Source: an uncultured Chloroflexia bacterium
Lineage (GTDB): Bacteria; Chloroflexota; Anaerolineae; JAAYZQ01
NCBI GenBank assembly: GCA_963700285.1
Contig: CAVOXA010000010.1
Span: 896,001-960,000 of the forward strand
Reading direction: 5' to 3'
Length of the DNA: 64,000 bases
In this document: positions 40,309 through 48,330 of the stretch, piece by piece
Numbering within the stretch: position 1 is the stretch's first letter
Layout of the letters: the number at the start of each line of letters is the position of its first letter
The notes under the pieces: generated by a model
The model's input: only the letters and a program-made list of their open reading frames with translations
The model's database searches: none
What the model was told of the DNA's origin: nothing
Position numbers and translations under genes: made by a program

Positions 40309-40839
40309 ATGAACACGGTTTTCTTTGATCTCGAAACCCAGCGCAGTTTCGATGAGGTGGGAGGGCGGCGAAACATTCGCAAACTGGGATTCTCGGTGGC
40401 GGTTACCTATTCCTCAGCCGATGGCCAGTTCCACCGCTATACGGAGGAGACCGTTGCTGATCTGATCGCCGAGCTGCAGGCCGCAGATCTGGTGGTAGGC
40501 TTTAACGTACTGAGCTTTGACTATGAAGTACTCAGAGCTTACACCGACAAGACCTTTGACGACATCGACACGGTAGACATGCTGGACCACATCTACAAGC
40601 GGCTGGGGTTCCGCGTTAGCCTGGACAGCCTGGCGGGGGCCACCCTGGGTACGGCCAAGTCAGCCGACGGCCTGCAGGCGGTACGCTGGTACAAAGAGGG
40701 GCGTATTGAGGAGATCCTGGACTACTGCCAGCAGGACGTAGAGGTCACGCGCCAGTTGTACGAGTACGGCAAGGAGCAAAAGCACCTCAAGTACCGGGAT
40801 CGGAACTACCGGACCAAAATGGTGCCGGTGAGCTGGTAG
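40309..40839 (+). CDS. RNase H-like DEDD 3'-5' exonuclease domain protein (YprB/RNase_H_2-like)
   Basis: FFDLET, VGFN..FD, SLDSLA, YCQQDV. Confidence 0.82.
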   Translation: MNTVFFDLETQRSFDEVGGRRNIRKLGFSVAVTYSSADGQFHRYTEETVADLIAELQAADLVVGFNVLSFDYEVLRAYTDKTFDDIDTVDMLDHIYKRLGFRVSLDSLAGATLGTAKSADGLQAVRWYKEGRIEEILDYCQQDVEVTRQLYEYGKEQKHLKYRDRNYRTKMVPVSW

Positions 40840-40845
40840 GAGGCC

Positions 40846-41790
40846 ATGGCTGAGCGCTTTGAAGCCGCCTATCTCCGGCTGCTGCACTCCGGCGAGCTTG
40901 AACGTCGGGTGGCTCGGGCCTACAGCCGCCTGGAAGCCTGTGACATCTGCGCCCGGGAGTGCGGCGTCAACCGCAGGGAGAGCGCCGAGGGCGCGGGCTG
41001 CCATACCGGCGAGCGGGCCTTCGTCTCCAGCGCTGGCCCCCATTTCGGCGAAGAGGATCCCCTCGTCGGCAGAGGCGGGTCGGGTACGATCTTTTTTTCC
41101 TGGTGCAACCTGCAGTGCCTGTATTGCCAGAACGCAGAGATCAGCCAGTTGGGCCATGGCCACGAGGTGGAGCCGGAGGACTTGGCCCGAATGATGCTGG
41201 AATTGCAGGACCAGGGCTGCCACAACATCAATTTCGTCTCGCCCAGCCACGTTGTGCCCCAGATCTTGGCCGGGCTGCTCATCGCCGCCCAGGCGGGCTT
41301 GTGCCTGCCCCTGGTCTACAATACCGGCGGCTATGATTCCCTAAAGACGCTGGCCCTGCTGGATGGTGTGGTGGACATCTATATGCCCGACATGAAATAC
41401 GCGGACGCCAGTGTGGCGCAGCGCTTTTCCAAGATCAGCGGCTATCCGGCGGTAAACCAGGCTGCTGTGAAAGAGATGTACCGCCAGGTTGGCGACCTGA
41501 TCACAGATGAACGGGGCGTAGCCCAGCGAGGGCTCCTGGTCCGCCACCTGGTCCTGCCCGACCAGTTGGCCGGTACGGCCAAGATCGTGGCTTTTCTGCG
41601 CGACAAAATCTCGCCCAGCACGTATATCAACGTGATGGCCCAGTACCGGCCCTGCCATCGTGCTCACCAACTGCAGCCGCTGGACCGGCGACTCACCGAC
41701 AAAGAGTATTCTGACGCGGTACGCTTGGCTGAGGATGCTGGTCTGCGTTTGGATCAGCGCCGTGCGCGCCTGATCTGGGCCTGGCAGTAA
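40846..41790 (+). CDS. PflX-family radical SAM protein
   Basis: CDICARECGVNR, HFGEE, GSGTIFF, CNLQCLYCQN, HNINFVSP, VYNTGGY, DIYMPDMKY, RHLVLP, MAQYRP. Confidence 0.9.
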   Translation: MAERFEAAYLRLLHSGELERRVARAYSRLEACDICARECGVNRRESAEGAGCHTGERAFVSSAGPHFGEEDPLVGRGGSGTIFFSWCNLQCLYCQNAEISQLGHGHEVEPEDLARMMLELQDQGCHNINFVSPSHVVPQILAGLLIAAQAGLCLPLVYNTGGYDSLKTLALLDGVVDIYMPDMKYADASVAQRFSKISGYPAVNQAAVKEMYRQVGDLITDERGVAQRGLLVRHLVLPDQLAGTAKIVAFLRDKISPSTYINVMAQYRPCHRAHQLQPLDRRLTDKEYSDAVRLAEDAGLRLDQRRARLIWAWQ

Positions 41791-41802
41791 GAAGGAGAAC
41801 CC

Positions 41803-43554
41803 TTGCTTCGAACCATCCTGAATCGTAAACAATCAGAGATCCTGAACGATGAAAAAGCTGCGCTGGAGAGCCTGCAACTGGTCCTGGCCGGTTTTGACGT
41901 CAAGCCAGAGGATCAAAGAACCCTCCAGAAGTCGCTCCAGCAGCTCGACGAGCTTTTCCTGCTGGTCATCGTCGGTGAGTTCAATAGCGGCAAGTCAGCC
42001 TTTATCAACGCCCTCTTGGGCGAGCGCTATCTGCCCGAGGGAGTCACCCCCACCACGGCCCAGATCTATATCCTGCATCACGGTGAGGCCACGAACCGGG
42101 AGGTAGAAGAGGACGGATTGCTGACCGTCACCTACCCCGCCGACTTTTTGCGAGAGATCAACCTGGTGGACACGCCGGGTACCAATGCCATCATCCGCCG
42201 TCACGAACAACTGACCCAGGAGTTTGTGCCCCGCAGCGACCTGGTGATCTTTGTCACCTCGGCTGACCGCCCCTTCACCGAGAGCGAGCGGGCCTTTATG
42301 GAGCAGATCCGCGAGTGGGGCAAGAAGGTCATTATCGTCCTCAACAAGATTGACCTCCTGGCTGAGGAAGACGTGGCGGAGGTGGTACAGTTCATCCGCC
42401 AGAATGCCCTGGCCCTGCTGGGATTCACACCCGAGATCTTTCCCGTCTCGGCCCGGCAGGCGCTCCAGGCCAAGCAGGCCGGCAGCCGGAGCGAAGGCAA
42501 CGGGCTTTGGCAGGCCAGCCGCTTCCAGGCGGTGGAGACCTATATCCTCAAGACGTTGGACCAGAAAAGCCGCATCCGGCTCAAGCTGCGCAATCCGCTG
42601 GGTGTGGGCGAAAGACTGGTGGCCAGCTATCTGGAGTTGGCGCGCAACCGGCTGGCGCTGCTGGCCGAGGACCTGAAGGCCATCGGGAATATCGAAGGCC
42701 AGCTCGAGATCTACCAGGGCGACATGCAGAACGATTTTCGTTACCGCATGGCCGACGTGGAGAAGGTACTGCTGGCCATGAACAACCGGGGCATGGTCTA
42801 CTTTGACGAGACCCTGCGCCTGGCCCGCGTCCTGGACCTGGTTAACACCCAGCGCATCCAGATCGAGTTTGAGCGCCAGGTCGTGGCCGACACCCCCTAC
42901 AAGATCGAGGCGGAGGTCAACGACCTGATCGATTGGATGGTGGACAAGGACCTGCGCCAGTGGCAGGCGACCCTGGAGTACTTGGAGCGCCACCGGGCCA
43001 AGGTCTATGACCAGGAGGAGCGGATCATCGGCCAGGTGGGCGGCCCCTTTGAGTACAATCGCCGCGAACTCCTCGATTCAGTGGGTCGGGCGGCCAAGAA
43101 TGTGGTCAGAACCTACGACCGGGAGGCCGAGTCCCGCCACCTGGCCCAAGGGGTCCGTGACAGCGTCGCGGGTGTGGCCATCATCGAGGTAGGCGCCCTG
43201 GGGCTGGGCGCCATCTTGCTGGCTGTCCTGCATACCGCCCTTCTCGATTTCACGGGTGTACTGGCAGCCGGCACCCTGGCCGTCGTCGGCCTGCTTGTTA
43301 TCCCCGCCAAGCGGCGGCGGGCCAAGAATGACCTGCACAAGAAACTGGAAGACCTGCGCCAGCGGCTGGTGGCGGCCATGAGCGAGGAATTTGACCGGGA
43401 GCTGGCCCGCAGCCTGCAGCGGCTTCGCGAAGCCATTGCCCCCTACACGCGTTTTGTCCGCGCTGAGCAGCAAAAGCTCACCCGCATTGAGGCCGAGCTG
43501 GTGGAGATCAATTCGACACTGGGTCAGATCCGGACGCGGATCGAGAACCCGTAA
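41803..43554 (+). CDS. Bacterial dynamin-like GTPase
   Basis: GEFNSGKS, PTT, DTPG, NKID, VSAR; long helical stalk; hydrophobic hairpin near the C-terminus. Confidence 0.88.
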   Translation: MLRTILNRKQSEILNDEKAALESLQLVLAGFDVKPEDQRTLQKSLQQLDELFLLVIVGEFNSGKSAFINALLGERYLPEGVTPTTAQIYILHHGEATNREVEEDGLLTVTYPADFLREINLVDTPGTNAIIRRHEQLTQEFVPRSDLVIFVTSADRPFTESERAFMEQIREWGKKVIIVLNKIDLLAEEDVAEVVQFIRQNALALLGFTPEIFPVSARQALQAKQAGSRSEGNGLWQASRFQAVETYILKTLDQKSRIRLKLRNPLGVGERLVASYLELARNRLALLAEDLKAIGNIEGQLEIYQGDMQNDFRYRMADVEKVLLAMNNRGMVYFDETLRLARVLDLVNTQRIQIEFERQVVADTPYKIEAEVNDLIDWMVDKDLRQWQATLEYLERHRAKVYDQEERIIGQVGGPFEYNRRELLDSVGRAAKNVVRTYDREAESRHLAQGVRDSVAGVAIIEVGALGLGAILLAVLHTALLDFTGVLAAGTLAVVGLLVIPAKRRRAKNDLHKKLEDLRQRLVAAMSEEFDRELARSLQRLREAIAPYTRFVRAEQQKLTRIEAELVEINSTLGQIRTRIENP

Positions 43555-43753
43555 CCGTGAGCCATTCGCCGTCATAGAGCGCGCCATCGAGATCGACCGT
43601 GTTGCCGTCGCCATCCTGTAACACGGCCTGCCCCCGCACCACCCGCCGGGCCTGTTGGTGGCCGATGGCATGACGCACCCTCAATCCTAGGAACAAGCGC
43701 CGGGGCTTGCCATCCACGTACACGGTGACGCGCCGGTCCGCCGGGTCTGTCAT
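43508..43753 (-). CDS. Small putative beta-grasp (ThiS/ubiquitin-like) protein
   Basis: ATG 43753 overlaps the nucleotidase TGA; RVTVYVDGK...VDLDGALYDGEWLTV. Confidence 0.55.
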   Translation of the reverse strand: MTDPADRRVTVYVDGKPRRLFLGLRVRHAIGHQQARRVVRGQAVLQDGDGNTVDLDGALYDGEWLTVTGSRSASGSDPVSN

Positions 43754-45405
43754 CGAGCGGTGATCCTGCCTTCCACCTTGGGATCGATGGGCGACCGGGC
43801 GCGGATGTACTCGGCCACGGCCCATACCTCCGCATCACCGTAAGTGGGGTTCAGCCCTTCCAGGAAGGTCTCCTGCCCATCTCCGCCCCCTGCCAGATAG
43901 TCGATCGTCACCACCCGGTAGTTCCTCGCCGGATCGAGGGGCGCGCCGCCAGCGGTGGCCTCCAAGATGCGCTGGCCAACCGGCTTGGACATGTCAAAGC
44001 GGAAGGTCATGCCCGCAACCTGCATGCTGCCTGCTTGTTCAGCCACAGAATGCTCGAGGATGCGCAGTACCTGCTCCCCGCTGAGGTCCAGGGCCATCAA
44101 CTGGTTATCAAAGGGCAGTACTGCGTAAAGCTGCCCATAGGTGATCGGTCCCTTGGGCAGCCCGGCTCGAATGCCGCCATTGTTGTGCATGGCGATGTCG
44201 GGCCGGCCGCCGTCGCTGAGGTCAGCGGCCAACATGGCATCCACGACCAGGTTGCCGAGAGCGAACTCACCGGCGCGCTGAGGCTCCAGCGCCCTGGATG
44301 TCTCGCCGATTGGCTGGTCCATCGTCTCGGCTGCCTGGGCCAGGGCCCCGTCAACCAAAGCCTTCACATCCTGGTTGATCTCGTCTACCTCGTTCGTCAC
44401 TGGCAGCAGTACCTTGCGCGGCGTATAGTCCACGATTTTCCCCGTCGCCAGATCTACCGTCAGTTCCAGCCGACCCAGTACCTGGCCCTTGGCCCCAGCC
44501 TGGACGATGACCGTGCCATTGACCTCTTTCGGGTGCTCCAGAAAGACGTGGCTATGCCCGCCGACAATCACGTCGATGCCATCCACAGCGGCAGCCAGGG
44601 CTTGATCGCCGTCATAGCCCAGATGGCTCAGTACCACGACCAGGCCGGCCTGGGCTTCGAGTTCAGGCAGGTAGCGGCGCGCCGTCTCCACTGCGCCTCG
44701 AAAGTCAAGGCCAGCGACGTTCTCCGCCCTGTTGATGGCGGGTGTATCGGGGTAGCTCAACCCCAGGATGGCGACCCTGGCGCCCCCTACCTCGACCACA
44801 GTATAGGGCGTCACCGCTTCCCAGACCTCTCCACTGCTCGCATCGAGAACGTTGGCTGCCAGTACTGGAAAGGCTGCCTGATTGATCCGCGCACGCAGCA
44901 GCTCCTGGCCCCAGTCGAACTCGTGGTTCCCCAGCGCCCAGGCATCGTAACCGGCCGCGTTCATGGCCGCCATTATCACTTCCCCCTGCGTGCTATTCGA
45001 CGCGTAGGTCCCCTGGAAGGTATCTCCGGCATCCAACAGCAGCGTGTGGTTGGGGTTCTCGGCGCGAAGCTCGTCGATCAGGCTCACCAGGTTTACCAAT
45101 CCACCGCTTTCAACTTGCTCACCGCCTTCGACCTGCGGCTCGATGGCCCCATGAAAGTCGTTGGTGTGGAGGATAATGATCGTTTCCGTCGTTGTGCTTT
45201 GGGGTTGTGCGGAGGCAGGCGGGATGATTTCGGGGGTGAGCCCTTCGGTCAAGGTGGAGGGCGAGATTGAGGATGGATCCATCACCTGGAGCAGGGCCGG
45301 CGACTCCTCACCGGCTGGAACAGGTGAGGATACGAGGAGGTAGACTCCGATACTTGCAACCAAGACCACCAGGATAGCGATGGCCACCCAGCCAAGTTTC
45401 CTCAC
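43750..45405 (-). CDS. Membrane-anchored 5'-nucleotidase/UDP-sugar hydrolase family protein
   Basis: HTNDFHG, DAGD, GNHEFD, SHLG, GGHSH, NNGGIRA, LPFDN, YLAGGGDG; start taken as GTG 45405. Confidence 0.92.
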   Translation of the reverse strand: MRKLGWVAIAILVVLVASIGVYLLVSSPVPAGEESPALLQVMDPSSISPSTLTEGLTPEIIPPASAQPQSTTTETIIILHTNDFHGAIEPQVEGGEQVESGGLVNLVSLIDELRAENPNHTLLLDAGDTFQGTYASNSTQGEVIMAAMNAAGYDAWALGNHEFDWGQELLRARINQAAFPVLAANVLDASSGEVWEAVTPYTVVEVGGARVAILGLSYPDTPAINRAENVAGLDFRGAVETARRYLPELEAQAGLVVVLSHLGYDGDQALAAAVDGIDVIVGGHSHVFLEHPKEVNGTVIVQAGAKGQVLGRLELTVDLATGKIVDYTPRKVLLPVTNEVDEINQDVKALVDGALAQAAETMDQPIGETSRALEPQRAGEFALGNLVVDAMLAADLSDGGRPDIAMHNNGGIRAGLPKGPITYGQLYAVLPFDNQLMALDLSGEQVLRILEHSVAEQAGSMQVAGMTFRFDMSKPVGQRILEATAGGAPLDPARNYRVVTIDYLAGGGDGQETFLEGLNPTYGDAEVWAVAEYIRARSPIDPKVEGRITAR

Positions 45406-45584
45406 AGGACTTTCCTCGCTCAGAGAGTGCCAGCATTGTAGCCCAACCAAGGCCCGCGCGCAAATCCCGTGCCGCGGGGCGTCTGCCAGGTGCGTGGCCA
45501 AGACCTGCGAAGTTTTTCTGCGCCTCCGGTTCGCCTCTACCCAGTTCCCACCAGCCTACCTAAACCATCGCTGATTATGTAGGC

Positions 45585-45613
45585 TTGAAATTCCGCCCGG
45601 AACATGATACAAT
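45585..45613 (+). promoter_or_regulatory. Sigma70-type promoter for pcm
   Basis: TTGAAA-17-TACAAT with TG extension. Confidence 0.6.
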
Positions 45614-45697
45614 AGGTCTGGTACTTGCGGCCCGTGCAGAGTTGCTGCAATTGTTCCAGGAGAGGGATCTGGTCGACTACAGGCAAAGAGTATTACC

Positions 45698-46540
45698 ATG
45701 TTCGGAAAACGATGCTACCGCGGAATCTCACCCTCAGGAACGGCGTTGTTCCTGTCTGTGGCTGCTGCCCTGATCTTTTTGGGTAGTTGCGGTCCGTTGC
45801 TGGAACCCACGGTCTTGCCGGCCCAAAGTACAGAGCCACGGACCGAGCCCTCGGACACACCCGTAACCCCCACGCAGTCGCCCCCCACGGCGGCCCAAGA
45901 AGAGAGCGATGACCGGCTGGAGGAAAGAATGAAGATGGTGGAGACCCAGATCCGTGGCCGGGGTGTGACGGACGAGGATGTACTAGCCGCCCTGGAGCGG
46001 GTGCCCCGGCACGAGTTCGTACCAGACCAATACCAGTCCCAAGCCTACGCCGACCACCCCCTGCCCATCGGCCACGGCCAGACCATCTCCCAGCCCTACA
46101 TCGTGGCCCTAATGACCGAGCTCCTGGAGCTGGAAACCACCGACCGCGTGCTGGAGATCGGCACCGGCTCGGGCTACCAGGCCGCCGTCCTGGCCGAGAT
46201 CGTCGGCGAGGTCTATACCATCGAGATCATCGAAGCCCTGGCCGTCGAGGCCCGCGAGCGGCTGGGGCGCCTCGGCTATGACAACATCCACCCCCTCCAT
46301 GCCGATGGTTACTATGGCTGGGAAGAACACGCCCCCTACGATGCCATCATCGTCACTGCCGCCCCCGACCATATTCCCCAACCCCTGGTGCAGCAGCTAA
46401 AGGATGGCGCTCAACTGGTGATCCCCGTCGGCCCACCGGGTGGCTACCAGAGCCTGTGGCAGATCACCAAAGAGGGGGACCAGGTCAAAAAGCGCAATGT
46501 CAGTGGTGTGCTCTTTGTGCCGCTCACAGGCGAGCACTAG
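45698..46540 (+). CDS. pcm: Protein-L-isoaspartate O-methyltransferase with lipoprotein-like N-terminus
   Basis: VPRHEFV, GQTISQP, VLEIGTGSGYQAA, APYDAIIVTAA, FVPL; N-terminal h-region, LGSC and Pro/Thr linker. Confidence 0.92.
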   Translation: MFGKRCYRGISPSGTALFLSVAAALIFLGSCGPLLEPTVLPAQSTEPRTEPSDTPVTPTQSPPTAAQEESDDRLEERMKMVETQIRGRGVTDEDVLAALERVPRHEFVPDQYQSQAYADHPLPIGHGQTISQPYIVALMTELLELETTDRVLEIGTGSGYQAAVLAEIVGEVYTIEIIEALAVEARERLGRLGYDNIHPLHADGYYGWEEHAPYDAIIVTAAPDHIPQPLVQQLKDGAQLVIPVGPPGGYQSLWQITKEGDQVKKRNVSGVLFVPLTGEH

Positions 46541-46709
46541 GAGAGCGAAAACCCTGGGAGGTGTTGTGATTCCTCCAAGATCCAGCCGTTTACTGTTCAG
46601 CCCAATCCATCTGGGGCTGGTCGTCATCCTGCTACTCGGTTTGCTGGGAACTGTTTCCACCTCGTTGACCCATCATCGGGTGCAACAGCGAGCGACAAAG
46701 GGGGCACTG

Positions 46710-48011
46710 ATGAAAGCGCGAATTTTATCCAGATTTCTTCTTGTACTAGCATTGATCCTGGTCGTAGGCTCGGGCCCGGTGCAAGGCGCCCAGACCGTTG
46801 CCCATCCGGCTCCGGCCAGCGCGAACGCGGACCCAGCCGCTACAGCCCCGTGGTTCATCGAGACGGTGGACCCGGCCCTGGGCGTCGGCTCGTACGTATC
46901 GGTAGCGATTGATCCGGATAACGATACCACGTACATCAGCTACTATGACAACGCCAACAAAGACCTCAAGATGGCGACATACGTCGGCTCAGGCGGTAAT
47001 TGCAGCGCTGATAGCAACTGGTCTTGTGAGACGGTGGACAGCAGCGGTGACGTGGGCAAGTACAGCTCCATCGCCATTGATCCAACGACCCACCTGCCGG
47101 CTATCGCTTACTGGAGGACGTCCCCCTCGAATCTCAAGCTGGCCACCGCGTGGAATGGCGGTTGGGATATCATCACCGTTGACGAGTTCTCAGGAAGCTA
47201 CGCATCGCTCAAGATCGACGCCACAGGCGCAGCACACGTCGTCTATCACCGTCCTATTGAGGGTCTGATGTATGCAAGGCGTGTCGGGGGTGGATCGGGC
47301 AATTGCGGAGGGAACAATTACAGGTGTGATGTCATACACCAAGGGAATGGGATTGGCCACTACGCTTCCCTGGCCCTAGACGCGACCGGTCAACCCCGGA
47401 TTGCCTACCATGAAGGGGGCGGCGGCCTCTGGTATGCCCAGCCTGGCGGTTCTGGCAACTGTGGCCCCGGAAATGACTGGGACTGCAACTCCATTTCGGC
47501 CTCCCCGGGTGCAGGCACGTATGCCTCCCTGGACGTGGACAATTCCAACACCCCCCACGTCGCCTACTATGACGCGGGTAAGCTAATGTATGCTGTTTTG
47601 AAGGGGTCAAACGGCAACTGCGGCTCTCTTAACGCGTGGCGGTGTGACGAGATCGACGCCATGGGAACCGATGCACACACCAGGGACGTATCCTTGGCCG
47701 TGGACAACGCCGGCTTGCCAGTCATCGCTTATCACAGGTATATCATTGGCGATCCATTTTCAGCAGTGACTTTCAATGTGGCACGACCTGCCGTGGCCCT
47801 GGATCTACAGAGTGGAAATTGTGGCCCGGGGAATCTCTGGCGGTGTGAGAGAATTCGAGATTCTGGGCACTCGGGCGACTATTCAGCGATCGCGGTCCAC
47901 CCCTCCGGACTGGCTACCATCGCCTACCTCGATTCGAAGTATTTCGGTGCGCTAAAGGTTGCCTACCAACGATTCCAGGTCTTCCTGCCGTTGGTTGTCA
48001 AGAATCAATAG
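46710..48011 (+). CDS. Secreted Cys-paired beta-propeller-like repeat protein with C-terminal FLPLVVK motif
   Basis: Signal peptide MKARILSRFLLVLALILVV; repeats GxYxSL/IAxD..P.IAYY and GNCG..WxC; start reassigned to ATG 46710. Confidence 0.75.
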   Translation: MKARILSRFLLVLALILVVGSGPVQGAQTVAHPAPASANADPAATAPWFIETVDPALGVGSYVSVAIDPDNDTTYISYYDNANKDLKMATYVGSGGNCSADSNWSCETVDSSGDVGKYSSIAIDPTTHLPAIAYWRTSPSNLKLATAWNGGWDIITVDEFSGSYASLKIDATGAAHVVYHRPIEGLMYARRVGGGSGNCGGNNYRCDVIHQGNGIGHYASLALDATGQPRIAYHEGGGGLWYAQPGGSGNCGPGNDWDCNSISASPGAGTYASLDVDNSNTPHVAYYDAGKLMYAVLKGSNGNCGSLNAWRCDEIDAMGTDAHTRDVSLAVDNAGLPVIAYHRYIIGDPFSAVTFNVARPAVALDLQSGNCGPGNLWRCERIRDSGHSGDYSAIAVHPSGLATIAYLDSKYFGALKVAYQRFQVFLPLVVKNQ

Positions 48012-48014
48012 TCT

Positions 48015-48130
48015 GTGTACGACGGTGGCGACACCTGGCCGCCGGTCTGGCTTGCTCCGATGCACTTGACCATCGCCGGTCTGAACCCTTGCCCAGCAGA
48101 TGTCTTCCTGCCCATCGTCCAGCGGCCTTA
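48015..48130 (+). pseudogene. Orphan C-terminal remnant ending VFLPIVQR
   Basis: Second copy of the FLPxV motif with no upstream gene body. Confidence 0.35.
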
Positions 48131-48158
48131 TGCCTATCTCTACCAACAAAGACAGCGT

Positions 48159-48187
48159 TTGACACCCTGGCCTAGACACTCTATACT
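48159..48187 (+). promoter_or_regulatory. Sigma70-type promoter
   Basis: TTGACA-17-TATACT. Confidence 0.7.
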
Positions 48188-48249
48188 GTGTCGCACGAAA
48201 TACCGAGAGATATCACGCTTGGGATAAGCGGACACAGGGACAGAAATCG

Positions 48250-48283
48250 AGGACTGGCGGTCCTCGGAGGACCGCCAGTCCTA
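48250..48283. repeat. Perfect GC-rich inverted repeat in the 5' leader
   Basis: AGGACTGGCGGTCCTC-GG-GAGGACCGCCAGTCCT. Confidence 0.85.
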
Positions 48284-48330
48284 ATCAGGTTACTATAGAG
48301 GTTGTACAGCACTTTTTCAGAGGAGGAAAC

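Noticed and set aside
46440-46709. N-terminal extensions given by the ORF track (also 2550-2645, 3025-3282, 61846-62028, 25822-25998)
   Set aside because: They overlap neighbouring genes or promoters; downstream starts have better RBS or signal-peptide context.
48190-48330. Glycine riboswitch before the GcvT-family gene
   Set aside because: The GGAGA...CCGAAG...CTCAGG aptamer cores could not be found.
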